64,000 nt of DNA, taken from positions 19,221 through 83,220 of the forward strand of contig DITS01000001.1 in assembly GCA_002422205.1 (NCBI GenBank). The letters are read 5' to 3'. Position 1 is the stretch's first letter, and each line of letters opens with the position of its first letter. The notes under the pieces are model-generated. The model did not search any database and was not told where the DNA came from. It saw nothing but the letters and a program-made list of their open reading frames with translations. Positions 17,708 through 26,564 of the stretch are shown piece by piece. The stretch comes from Alphaproteobacteria bacterium UBA6178. GTDB lineage: Bacteria; Pseudomonadota; Alphaproteobacteria; Rickettsiales; UBA3002. Made by a program: the position numbers and the translations under genes.

Positions 17708-18478
17708 TTATTGACCCAGCGAAAAAATGGGATTGCATACTTTACTGGTCTCGGCGAAATTATATTCGGCATCGGCATCACCCGGCGGTAATATGCCTGC
17801 GGCTGTGGTCACCGGATAGGTCGCGTCGCCTTTAAAAGCGATTTGTTTGCCGGTACCCGGTCGTCCATCATCCATTTTCATATCCAGATTCCAGCATTCT
17901 TGCGGTGTCAGCCCTGCCGGTGATGACATCAACTGGTTCGCCGCAGAAAAGGCGAATGTACTTGCGCTCCCCGTCGAGGCATTTTTATACGTTGCATGCC
18001 AATAATTGGAACCGCCCAAACGCGATACTGGCACATTTACGCCCCCCACATATATATCGGCATACCCCGATTCCGTCGCCAATGTACCCGTATACTGGCC
18101 TTCGATCAGCGCTGCATTGGCGAGATGCTGCCAGAAGCGGTATCTTTCATTGAAGGGGGACGCGGGGCCTTTTATCTGGCCATCACCGTCGCCATTACAG
18201 GTCTCGGTGCCGGTGCTGACGGTTTCATGGCAGTCTGCATCTTCACCATTGCCGCCAGCCACGCCCCAAAAGGTGGTGGCATTCGGCATATCGCCCGGCA
18301 TTGCAAAATATTTATCACGGAAGGTGTAAACAGCAGCCGTAAAACGTTGATAATCGCTGCTCACTCCTCGTACTTCCGCTGCACGGATCAGGCTTTGGCC
18401 CGATAAAATGCCTCCTGTCAGCAATCCTAAAATCACCAAAACGATCGATAGTTCCACGAGCGAAAACCCAGCACGCAT
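17708..18478 (-). CDS. prepilin-type N-terminal cleavage/methylation domain protein (pilin/pseudopilin-like)
   Basis: 256 aa. MRAG|FSLVELSIVLVILGLLTGGIL is a class III signal with Glu+5. The C-terminal part has 4 Cys and a GDGDG stretch. SD GGGAGG is present. Confidence 0.8.
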   Translation of the reverse strand: MRAGFSLVELSIVLVILGLLTGGILSGQSLIRAAEVRGVSSDYQRFTAAVYTFRDKYFAMPGDMPNATTFWGVAGGNGEDADCHETVSTGTETCNGDGDGQIKGPASPFNERYRFWQHLANAALIEGQYTGTLATESGYADIYVGGVNVPVSRLGGSNYWHATYKNASTGSASTFAFSAANQLMSSPAGLTPQECWNLDMKMDDGRPGTGKQIAFKGDATYPVTTAAGILPPGDADAEYNFAETSKVCNPIFSLGQ

Positions 18479-18614
18479 TTCGATGCCACCTCCCTATTTT
18501 GCCATTTATATTTTATTTTAGCATAAAATGGCTCCTCAACCAAACCTTTGCTGTAAAACAGATGTTATTTATCTAATATTTTGGCATACTGCCCCTTATC
18601 TTAGTGGTTTTGGA

Positions 18615-19655
18615 ATGACACGTTTGCTATTTTTATTGCTGTGCGCTGCAGTATTCGGTGCTTGGACAGTTGCTTATTATCCCGGCTTACCCGTAGCAGA
18701 AATGCCATGGCTACCCAAAACATTGCATAGTGGTGCAACGCCCTCTTCCCACCCGCTGCCTATCTATTATGCGCACATGTTGCTGCCTGCGAATTTCCCG
18801 CTTAATTTTGCGCTCTATCTCGTTGCATGGAGCCTATATTGGATTGCTGCTTATTTGCTGGTCACGGCCAGCAGCCGTCATTTATTGATACGCGTGTGTT
18901 ATCTGGCGTTATTGCTTTGCCCGCCCGTGCTGCTGGTCATGCTGTATCGCTGGCAGGATGCGCTGTTGCTGGCCAGCCTGCTTTTTACCGCTGCCGCCTT
19001 GCAGCAATTTAGCTGCACACGGCGCATGCTCTGGGCGGTGATTGCATTACTCGCGCTGTGCCTCAGCGCCAGTTTTTTTTATATCAGTTTTGTGGCCGTG
19101 GTGCCTTTAATCTGGATTATCTTTTACTTGCTGCCACGACAGCGCAGCATGCTGGTGTTGCCGGTCAAAGTCGTGTTAATGCTGGTTTTACTGACGGGTG
19201 GGCTGCATTGGCTACAGCCGCAGCATGCGCAGCCCGTCTCCTTGCTGCCTGCGGCGAGGGCCTCCCTGCCGCACAGCGTCGATGTCAGCCCGTGGCTCGT
19301 CAGCGCATGGGGTAGCGTGCCGGATGGCGCTGCCTTGCCAGAGCCCGCGCACGCCAATGGACTCGCTGAAAAGCTAACAGATTATAACGCACTACCCGCT
19401 ATTGATGGTTGGTTATGGCTGATGCCATTAGCCGCAACGACTTTATTATTCGGGCTGATGCAGCGCGGGAATATGTTGCGCTCTGCGGCGCTGGCGTTAT
19501 GTATGAGCGGATGGCTGACATTTGCGCTGATCCTCTGGCTCGATTCAAACGCGCCGATGCGCTTTATGGCGTGGCCGGTGGCATGCGGTTTGGTCACACT
19601 GATGTGGGTGCGACTGCCCCGACGTCTCACCGGCGATATCCGCAAATTAAAGTGA
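18615..19655 (+). CDS. hypothetical polytopic inner-membrane protein
   Basis: Start placed at the internal Met (MTRLLFLLLCAAVFGAW...) of ORF 18528..19655. About 9-10 hydrophobic segments and one ~70-aa hydrophilic loop. No family recognised. Confidence 0.55.
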   Translation: MTRLLFLLLCAAVFGAWTVAYYPGLPVAEMPWLPKTLHSGATPSSHPLPIYYAHMLLPANFPLNFALYLVAWSLYWIAAYLLVTASSRHLLIRVCYLALLLCPPVLLVMLYRWQDALLLASLLFTAAALQQFSCTRRMLWAVIALLALCLSASFFYISFVAVVPLIWIIFYLLPRQRSMLVLPVKVVLMLVLLTGGLHWLQPQHAQPVSLLPAARASLPHSVDVSPWLVSAWGSVPDGAALPEPAHANGLAEKLTDYNALPAIDGWLWLMPLAATTLLFGLMQRGNMLRSAALALCMSGWLTFALILWLDSNAPMRFMAWPVACGLVTLMWVRLPRRLTGDIRKLK

Positions 19656-19668
19656 TAGGCAGATTATG

Positions 19669-19701
19669 ATTCCCGTGCAGGCCCATCCCCCGCACGGGAA
19701 T
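19669..19701. repeat. 10-bp-stem hairpin between convergent gene ends
   Basis: ATTCCCGTGC-aggcccatccccc-GCACGGGAAT. No T-run, so not a classical terminator. Confidence 0.6.
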
Positions 19702-19717
19702 CTACCCACGGGGGGTT

Positions 19718-19885
19718 TCAGTTAAAGCCCGGTGTGATCAGGCTTTGTATGTTATTCACTTTCGCCACTTGCGAGCTGGCGGTGATACCATCCCACTGTG
19801 CCGACATGGTACGCGATTGCGGTGCGCAGGCGGTAGCGGCAAGGCCTAATATGCCCAGTGCAGTGTATGCGATAAAACGTTTCAT
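19718..19885 (-). CDS. small putative lipoprotein (55 aa), below the ORF-track size cutoff
   Basis: Reverse-strand ATG at 19885 preceded by GGAGAACAAT. MKRFIAYTALGILGLAATAC|APQSRTMSAQWDGITASSQVAKVNNIQSLITPGFN has a signal peptide with a lipobox-like AATAC. Confidence 0.45.
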   Translation of the reverse strand: MKRFIAYTALGILGLAATACAPQSRTMSAQWDGITASSQVAKVNNIQSLITPGFN

Positions 19886-20030
19886 ATTGTTCTCCATCCC
19901 AATGAATCGTTACATTCACACTTATTACTTTTTGCTTAAAAAATGAGTAGTGCCGATTCGGCAAGCAAGCTATGCGTCAGGCGCAGGGCTGCGGTGGATA
20001 ACCACAAAAAACAATATTTAAATTAGGAAC

Positions 20031-20474
20031 TTAACCAATAGCGTGGCCATCGGAGCCGATATGATTATCAGGCAGGGACTGAATACGCAAATTCATCAGC
20101 GATGCATGCGAGGCACTAAAGCCTTCGTCATATTTCGCTTGTGCCAGCACCGCAAACGCATCCTGCAAGTCAGCGGCATGGTCCGTCAGATTACCATTCA
20201 GCATTTGTTTCAGCTCCGCCCAAATGGCACCCAAACCAAAGGAATGACCTGAATTCATCAACTGATTCGCCAGTTGAAAGACGGGTGAGTTAAGACCTTT
20301 AAACCCGCCGATTTGCTCAAGGCCGGTCGAGACCCGCATTTGCATGGGGAACATGTAGCATAAATGGCCGTTCAGCCATGCTTGCATACCGGCTGATTGA
20401 CAGCCTGACGTACCACCCTGACTCGCAAGGTGGGACTGCAGCATGGAACTAGCGCCACCTCCACCATCAGACAT
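20031..20474 (-). CDS. hypothetical protein (orphan, no recognisable family)
   Basis: 147 aa. Gly/Ser-rich N-terminus and a helical-looking C-terminal half. SD-like AAGGAG upstream. Confidence 0.5.
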   Translation of the reverse strand: MSDGGGGASSMLQSHLASQGGTSGCQSAGMQAWLNGHLCYMFPMQMRVSTGLEQIGGFKGLNSPVFQLANQLMNSGHSFGLGAIWAELKQMLNGNLTDHAADLQDAFAVLAQAKYDEGFSASHASLMNLRIQSLPDNHIGSDGHAIG

Positions 20475-20565
20475 GATATAACTCCTTATTTCCCATAGAT
20501 TTGATTATAGCGGGTCTATGTTACAATTGCATGACAGTTTTGCCATGAGATGATGATTTATCGGT

Positions 20566-20967
20566 TTAATTGGGCCGTGTCCGCTGATGCGGGCTATCGA
20601 GCGAAAAGGCAGGAATATCAATTGGGAACCGCGTGCCCCCTGCGCCTTCCATTTCATACTGGCCGCTCATAATGCCCGATGGTGTCGGCAAGGCGGTGCC
20701 GCTGGTATAGCGGAAGCCCTCACCCGGCTTTAATACCGGCTGTTCGCCTACCACACCGGCACCACGCACTTCCTGCACCTGCCCCAGCGCGTCCATAATC
20801 TGCCAATGGCGGTTGAGCAGCTGCACCGATGCATCGCTCAGATTCTCCACCTGCACCGTATAGGCCCAGACATAATGATCATCCTCCGGCTCCGACTGGT
20901 CGTCGAGATAGGTCGGAATGACTGTCACCTTAATGGCATTGGTGGTTTTTGTATAAATACCGCTCAT
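20566..20967 (-). CDS. apaG: ApaG (DUF525) protein
   Basis: 133 aa. IKVTVIPTYLDDQSEPEDDHYVWAYTVQVENLS...LLNRHWQI.DA.G..QEV.G.GVVGEQPVL.PGE.F.YTSG. Confidence 0.9.
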   Translation of the reverse strand: MSGIYTKTTNAIKVTVIPTYLDDQSEPEDDHYVWAYTVQVENLSDASVQLLNRHWQIMDALGQVQEVRGAGVVGEQPVLKPGEGFRYTSGTALPTPSGIMSGQYEMEGAGGTRFPIDIPAFSLDSPHQRTRPN

Positions 20968-21018
20968 GCAGTGTATATGGGGTGTTGCGAGGGGCGTGTC
21001 AAGATAGCTGATCGACGC

Positions 21019-22467
21019 TCAATCCCGCCAGAAGGACGGCGCGAGCAGCACCAATACTGTAAATAGCTCCAGCCGCCCCATAATCATGGCAAAGGATAGC
21101 AGCCATTTCGCCCCATCGGGGAAGGTCGCATAATTGCCCGCAGGGCCGATCACATCGCCCAGCCCCGGCCCCACATTCGCCAGCGCCTGTGCCGCCGCGC
21201 TCATACAAGTCAGAAAATCCAGCCCATAGAGCGACAGCACCATCGCGATCACGGTGAAACTGATGCCGAACAGCACAATAAAGGTCATCACCGATGCCGC
21301 CACTTCCTCACTGATGGGCTTGCCGTTATAGCGCGGCACAAACACGCCATGCGGCTGAATTAGCCGTTTAATCTGCGCGGTCGTGGTATAATATAAAATC
21401 TGCAGGCGGAAGATTTTAATCCCGCCCGAAGTTGATCCGGTACAGCCCCCCACTACCGTCAGCATAAAAAACAGCACCACCGGAAAAATGCCCCATTGCA
21501 TATAATCGGTAGAAGCAAAACCGGTTGTCGTCACGACGGAGACAATATTAAACGTCACTTGCCTCAAGGCCAGCATGGCCCGCATATCCTGCATCATCAC
21601 CAGCCATATCACCATCATTGCTACCGAAGCAGCAATCAGCACAATCAGCCATTGCACCTGTGTATTGCGCAAAATTACCAGCGGTTTCCCTTTTACCATC
21701 TGAAAATATAAAATCAGCGGTACCGCGCCCGACATCATAAAAATCACCGCGATCCATTCGATCAGCGGGTTATCAAAAAACGCGAAGGACGCGTCATGTG
21801 TCGAAAAGCCGCCAGTCGCTACTGTGCTCATGGCGTGGTTGATCGCGTCAAACCCGCTCATGCCTGCCATGCGGTAACATAGGGCGCAAATAGCCGTCAG
21901 CACTAAAAACACCATGGCAATCGCGCTGGCAATCTGGGTTGTGCGCGGCAATGATTTTTCATTAGTGTCTGACGATTCGGTGCGAAAGAGCTGCATCCCG
22001 CCAATGCGCAGCATTGGCAAAACCGCCAGCGCCAATACCACAATCCCGATACCGCCCATCATATTGAGCAATGAGCGCCACAGCAAAATACCCGGCGGCA
22101 TTGCATCCAGACCCGACAGCACCGTCGAGCCGGTGGTGGTTAGCCCCGAGGCGGATTCGAAAAACGCATCGGTTACATCAATCGCATCGCTGCTCAAATA
22201 AAGCGGCAATGCCGCAAATATAATCAGCAGCACATAAGTGGAGGTGGTAAAAATAAAGGCCTGACGAATATTCAGTGTGCCCCGATAGCCACGGTTGGTG
22301 AGAAATAAAATCCCACCCGAGAAACCCGTGATAAAAAACGACGCAGCAAAGACTTTCCAGTCTTCATTACCCACCGCCAGATCGAGCAGCATGGGTAGCA
22401 GCATGACCGCAGCCAGCAGCGACAGCAGCACGCCATGGGCCAGTAAAATTGGGCGGGTATCCAGCAT
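21019..22467 (-). CDS. trkH: Trk-type potassium uptake protein TrkH
   Basis: 482 aa, polytopic. Repeated pore-loop motifs (SGLTTTGSTV, VATGGFST, VTTTGFAS, TGSTSGGIK). Confidence 0.9.
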   Translation of the reverse strand: MLDTRPILLAHGVLLSLLAAVMLLPMLLDLAVGNEDWKVFAASFFITGFSGGILFLTNRGYRGTLNIRQAFIFTTSTYVLLIIFAALPLYLSSDAIDVTDAFFESASGLTTTGSTVLSGLDAMPPGILLWRSLLNMMGGIGIVVLALAVLPMLRIGGMQLFRTESSDTNEKSLPRTTQIASAIAMVFLVLTAICALCYRMAGMSGFDAINHAMSTVATGGFSTHDASFAFFDNPLIEWIAVIFMMSGAVPLILYFQMVKGKPLVILRNTQVQWLIVLIAASVAMMVIWLVMMQDMRAMLALRQVTFNIVSVVTTTGFASTDYMQWGIFPVVLFFMLTVVGGCTGSTSGGIKIFRLQILYYTTTAQIKRLIQPHGVFVPRYNGKPISEEVAASVMTFIVLFGISFTVIAMVLSLYGLDFLTCMSAAAQALANVGPGLGDVIGPAGNYATFPDGAKWLLSFAMIMGRLELFTVLVLLAPSFWRD

Positions 22468-22501
22468 CGTCGCTCTCTGTACAGCAGTTTAAGATTTCTG
22501 C

Positions 22502-23977
22502 CTAATTATTTGCTTTCGCTGGTTTATACAGGAAAACACTCACTTTGTCATCCTTCCTAATGCGCTCCAGCACCTCACGCCCTCCGCCCATTTCATAGAG
22601 CAGCACATAGGGTGAGCTATTGCTTAATACCAGCCCATCTATTTGGTATTTCTGCAATATTTTCTCCCAATCCGGGGGAAGTTGCTGAAAGGCAATAAAG
22701 TCTATAAGCAGCGATTCGGGATAAGCCGTGCCCGCACGGCCATCGACAAAAGGTTTGAGCTTTGAGCGATAAATCATATACCCGCCCAAATCATAGTCAT
22801 TCCAAAAGCGCGCATCCGGATAGTCCGTCGCCACCGCATCAAACAGCTCGGCGGAGTAAATCGGCTTCTCTTCAATCAGCGGCGACAGGCTGATCATGGC
22901 TTGCAGCGGTGTAAACCATCCCAGCAACAGCACTATCACTACGCCAGCGCCCGCCGCCACCGAAGCACAGCATGGTAACTGCGTGGCCTCCATCGGCGAG
23001 CCACTATTGGATTGCCGCTGATTATATTGGTGAAACCGCCATGCAATAAAGGGGGCGGCAGTCAGTGCAAAATAATAAAAATTGCGCGAGCTCTCAAATG
23101 CCGCCACCAGCCAGATCACCGGAATCACACGGTCAGCCAGCGGCAGGTTTTTATCCTGATGGTCCGCAAGCAGAATGTATAAAAACACCGCCAATGAAAA
23201 CCCGATGCTGATCCCGATATTCAGTGGCTGCCATTCTTCGATATAGGCAGTAATCACGCTATCAAGCGTGCGCAACACCCCTTCGACAATATGAATATGC
23301 CACGGGGTCACCAGCGCCGCCAACAGGCATAGCACTCCCACTATAAACAAATGGTTACGCAAGGCGGTTTGTTTTTCTAAGTGGGACTGAATAAAATAAA
23401 TACCCACAAACACATACACCGCTAAAAACCCGCCATGCATATTCGCCCATATTATCGTGAGCAGCGGAATCGCATAGAGGCTGCGCACGCGCTGCTGCGT
23501 GGTCGCGCGAAACAGCCAGTAATGCAGCCATGCAGTGAATAAGAAACTCGCCAGTTGCGGGCGCGCATTCGCCGCCACCGGCCAAAACACCAACGCCACC
23601 ACGGCGATGACTAAACAAGCTTCCGATGCGCTTAAGCGTCCGCGTTTAATCAAATGATGCATCAGCACCGCCAGTGTGAGCGATAACATCGTCGCGGTCA
23701 GGATACGCAGTGATTCCAGCCCACCGGCTTTCACGATCGCGCTCATGCCAATATCCCACGCCCATGACAGATTAATCCAACGCGTATCACCCGCCGAGAA
23801 GGAAAACGGGTCAGCCTGCGGTATGCCATGCTCGATCATGTAATCGCCTGCTGCCAGATGCCATGGCACATCGGTATCAAGCAAGGCGGGTTGCCCCTTT
23901 ATCAGCAGCCACACAAACATGGCGATAAACACCGCGCTGACATAAGGATGCGGCAAAAGGCAGCGGATATTACGCAT
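22502..23977 (-). CDS. large polytopic membrane protein, candidate GT-C-type (ArnT/PMT-like) glycosyltransferase
   Basis: Start at the internal Met (MRNIRCLLPH...), which gives an ATGCGTAA 8-nt overlap with the upstream GT2 stop. More than 10 TM segments plus a soluble C-terminal domain. The function is inferred mainly from coupling to the GtrB/ArnC-like gene. Confidence 0.45.
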   Translation of the reverse strand: MRNIRCLLPHPYVSAVFIAMFVWLLIKGQPALLDTDVPWHLAAGDYMIEHGIPQADPFSFSAGDTRWINLSWAWDIGMSAIVKAGGLESLRILTATMLSLTLAVLMHHLIKRGRLSASEACLVIAVVALVFWPVAANARPQLASFLFTAWLHYWLFRATTQQRVRSLYAIPLLTIIWANMHGGFLAVYVFVGIYFIQSHLEKQTALRNHLFIVGVLCLLAALVTPWHIHIVEGVLRTLDSVITAYIEEWQPLNIGISIGFSLAVFLYILLADHQDKNLPLADRVIPVIWLVAAFESSRNFYYFALTAAPFIAWRFHQYNQRQSNSGSPMEATQLPCCASVAAGAGVVIVLLLGWFTPLQAMISLSPLIEEKPIYSAELFDAVATDYPDARFWNDYDLGGYMIYRSKLKPFVDGRAGTAYPESLLIDFIAFQQLPPDWEKILQKYQIDGLVLSNSSPYVLLYEMGGGREVLERIRKDDKVSVFLYKPAKANN

Positions 23978-24932
23978 CGGGATAATACACCTCCACGCCC
24001 AGTGCTTCATCGATCAGATAAAGGGGACGGCGTTTGGTTTCACGATAAATCCGGCCAATATATTCGCCCAGCACGCCCAGACTCATCAGTTGAATACCGC
24101 CCATAAACAGCACCGCCACCATCAGCGAGGCATAGCCGGGCACATCCGAGCCGCTCAGCAGCGTGCGCAAAATCAAAAATATCGCATAAATAAATGACAA
24201 AAGCGAAATCCCAGCACCCACATAGGTCCAGACTTTCAACGGTATCGTGGTGAAAGAAAAAATCCCATCCAGCGCCAGTTTCCATAAGGAGAAAAAATTG
24301 AATTTTGATTCGCCCACCGCACGTTCAGGTCGGTCATAAAATACCTGCGTAGTCGGATAACCCACCCATGACAGCAGCCCCTTCATAAAGCGGGTGCGCT
24401 CCTGCATGCGGCGAATCGCCTCCACCACCACATGATCCATCAGGCGGAAGTCACCGGTATTTTTGGGGATTTCCGTGTGCGATACTTTGCCCATCACACG
24501 GTAAAACATCAAGGCGGTATGACGCTTGAGAAAGCTATCTTCGCTGCGCAGGCGGCGTGTGGCCAGTACCACCTTAAACCCTGCGCGCCATTGCTCCACC
24601 ATCTCCACTATCAATTCCGGCGGGTCTTGCAAATCGGCGTCAATCGGCACCACCGCCTGTCCGCGCGCATGGTATAATCCGGCGGTTAGCGCGGTTTCCT
24701 TGCCAAAATTGCGTGACAGGCTAATCAGCTTGATGCGTTTGTCACGGGCATGCCAGCCACGCACCCCGTCGGCGGTGCTGTCACGGCTGCCATCATTCAC
24801 GCAAATGATTTCCCAATCCGCCGTGATCGACTCCAGCACCGGCACCACCCTGCCAAAAAAAACGTCCAGCCCATCGGCCTCATGATACATCGGTACCACC
24901 ACGCTTAACATCGGGGGAATCGCCATGGCCAT
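23970..24932 (-). CDS. polyprenyl-phosphate glycosyltransferase (GT2; GtrB/ArnC-like)
   Basis: 320 aa. LSVVVPMYHEADGL...ICVNDGSRDST...IDADLQDPPE plus two C-terminal TM helices, the typical bactoprenol glycosyltransferase architecture. Confidence 0.85.
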   Translation of the reverse strand: MAMAIPPMLSVVVPMYHEADGLDVFFGRVVPVLESITADWEIICVNDGSRDSTADGVRGWHARDKRIKLISLSRNFGKETALTAGLYHARGQAVVPIDADLQDPPELIVEMVEQWRAGFKVVLATRRLRSEDSFLKRHTALMFYRVMGKVSHTEIPKNTGDFRLMDHVVVEAIRRMQERTRFMKGLLSWVGYPTTQVFYDRPERAVGESKFNFFSLWKLALDGIFSFTTIPLKVWTYVGAGISLLSFIYAIFLILRTLLSGSDVPGYASLMVAVLFMGGIQLMSLGVLGEYIGRIYRETKRRPLYLIDEALGVEVYYPDA

Positions 24933-26131
24933 CAGCTTGCTTCTTTCTGCATCAGTGTGGGTAAATCGCCGACCATACCCATGGCGTGGCGCATAAAAAA
25001 TTGCTTCAACGGCATCACCTGATTCACGCCGTTTAGCCCCGCATCGCGTAGCAGGCGCAGCGGCAGTATATCATTAGAGAATAACAGATTCAGCCCATGC
25101 GTGGCCGCCGCCATGCTGGCCACGTCAAAGCGGCGCCAGCGCGCATAATCGTTCAGCAGCGCATCCGCGCCAATATCCAGCCCCAGTCGGGCGCGTGCGA
25201 GTATCAGCTCCGCTATCGCCGCCACATCGCGATAGCCTAAATTCACGCCCTGCCCTGCAATCGGGTGAATCGCATGTGCTGCATCGCCGATCAGCGCGGC
25301 GCGCGGCGCAATGCTGCGCTCAGCGCGGATAAGTTTCAGCGGATAGGCAAAGCGCGGACCGGCAAGCGATAGCTCGCCCAGATGCTCCCCTGCCCGCTTG
25401 CGGATTTCCTGCAGCAATGCTGTCTCGTCCAATTGCAACATGCGCTGCGCCACCGCGTCGCGTTCGGTCCACACAATATTGGTGCGCTGCTCACTCATCG
25501 GCAGCAGGGCAAACGGGCCAGCGGGTAAAAACCGCTCCACCGCCAATCCATGGTGTGGCGCGCTATGTGCAATGGTACATACAATCGCCGTTTGGCCATA
25601 TTCGCTGATATTCGCCTTAATACCCAGCATATCGCGCGTGGCTGACATTTTACCATCCGCTACCAGCAGCAGCGGCGCTTTGAGTTGTGTACCATTATCC
25701 AGCGTCACCTGTGCCAGTGCGCCGTCATTGTTCACCGCCGTCACTTTGGCGGGGGCGTGCAACGTTATCGCATCGTAACGCGCCAGCTGGCCATAGAGCG
25801 CCTGCCGCAAATGCCGGTTTTCGATGATATGACCAAAGGGTTCCTCGCCCGCATCTTTATAATGGTAATGCACATAGGCACCCGTATCCTGATCGCACAC
25901 GCGAATATCATCAATCGGCTCGGCATGGGCAATATCGGGCCAGACCTCTAGCGCTTCCAGCACACAGCGCGAGCCATAGGCAATCGCCGCCGTGCGCCCG
26001 TCATAGGCAGACTCCAGCCTTGCATTTTGCGAGGCGGCATCAATCAACGCCACGCGCAAGCCCCCGCGCGCCAGCGCTATCGCCATCGCCGAGCCAACCA
26101 GTCCGGAGCCAATAATAACCACATCCTGCAT
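24932..26131 (-). CDS. UbiH/UbiF/VisC/COQ6-family FAD-dependent ubiquinone hydroxylase
   Basis: Start at the internal Met (MQDVVIIGSGLVGSAMA). GDAAHAIHPIAGQGVNLGYRD motif. Confidence 0.85.
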   Translation of the reverse strand: MQDVVIIGSGLVGSAMAIALARGGLRVALIDAASQNARLESAYDGRTAAIAYGSRCVLEALEVWPDIAHAEPIDDIRVCDQDTGAYVHYHYKDAGEEPFGHIIENRHLRQALYGQLARYDAITLHAPAKVTAVNNDGALAQVTLDNGTQLKAPLLLVADGKMSATRDMLGIKANISEYGQTAIVCTIAHSAPHHGLAVERFLPAGPFALLPMSEQRTNIVWTERDAVAQRMLQLDETALLQEIRKRAGEHLGELSLAGPRFAYPLKLIRAERSIAPRAALIGDAAHAIHPIAGQGVNLGYRDVAAIAELILARARLGLDIGADALLNDYARWRRFDVASMAAATHGLNLLFSNDILPLRLLRDAGLNGVNQVMPLKQFFMRHAMGMVGDLPTLMQKEAS

Positions 26132-26201
26132 GCCCGAAATGTATGGTAAAGCGCCTGACTTGCCAAGCAATGTTTGTGGTTCACTCCCTCTGTCAGTAAC
26201 A

Positions 26202-26341
26202 AAGTGGATCGCCCGGATCGGCGAGGCCGACCGGAGGATGACAGTATCATGAGGGTTGTCACCCCGTGCTTGTCACGGGGTGACAGCATATAAGCAACTT
26301 CACTTCCCCCTCTCCCTCACGGAGAGGGTCGGGGTGAGGGC
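26202..26341. repeat. intergenic repeat block: H8 (26202-26242), H2 variant (26258-26284), E element (26306-26341)
   Basis: H8 is AAGTGGATCGCCCGGATCGGCGAGGCCGACCGGAGGATGAC (homolog at 34032-34072). The H2 variant is GTCACCCCGTG-cttgt-CACGGGGTGAC. E is CCCCCTCTCCCTCACGGAGAGGGTCGGGGTGAGGGC (homolog at 51254-51282). Confidence 0.85.
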
Positions 26342-26483
26342 TTTCTTCCTGTCCATCACACAGGCACGCTGCTTAAAAATTAAGCAGCCACTGTGCGCAA
26401 AACAGCCAAGCCAACCTTGTATTCCGCCCCAGGAAAATAGCTAATTTCATAAAATTCAATCGGCTGCACCATGCAACCGAAGT

Positions 26484-26499
26484 TGGCACGGATATTGGA
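26484..26499 (+). promoter_or_regulatory. weak candidate sigma-54 promoter upstream of amtB
   Basis: TGGCAC-GGATA-TTGGA. The -24 element is perfect, but -12 reads TTGG rather than TTGC. It lies 66 nt upstream of the amtB ATG. Confidence 0.3.
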
Positions 26500-26564
26500 A
26501 TAGCAATGGTTGGTTTTGCAAAACCGTGTGTGTGAGATTAATTTAATTCAGGGACTGTAATCAT

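Noticed and set aside
19073-19080. Homopolymer tracts as phase-variation switches (T8 at 19073-19080 in the membrane protein gene; A8 at 24855-24862 in the GT2 gene)
   Set aside because: Eight A/T residues is short for slipped-strand phase variation. Both tracts encode plausible Phe-Phe dipeptides in hydrophobic or conserved contexts. There is no evidence of length heterogeneity from a single sequence.
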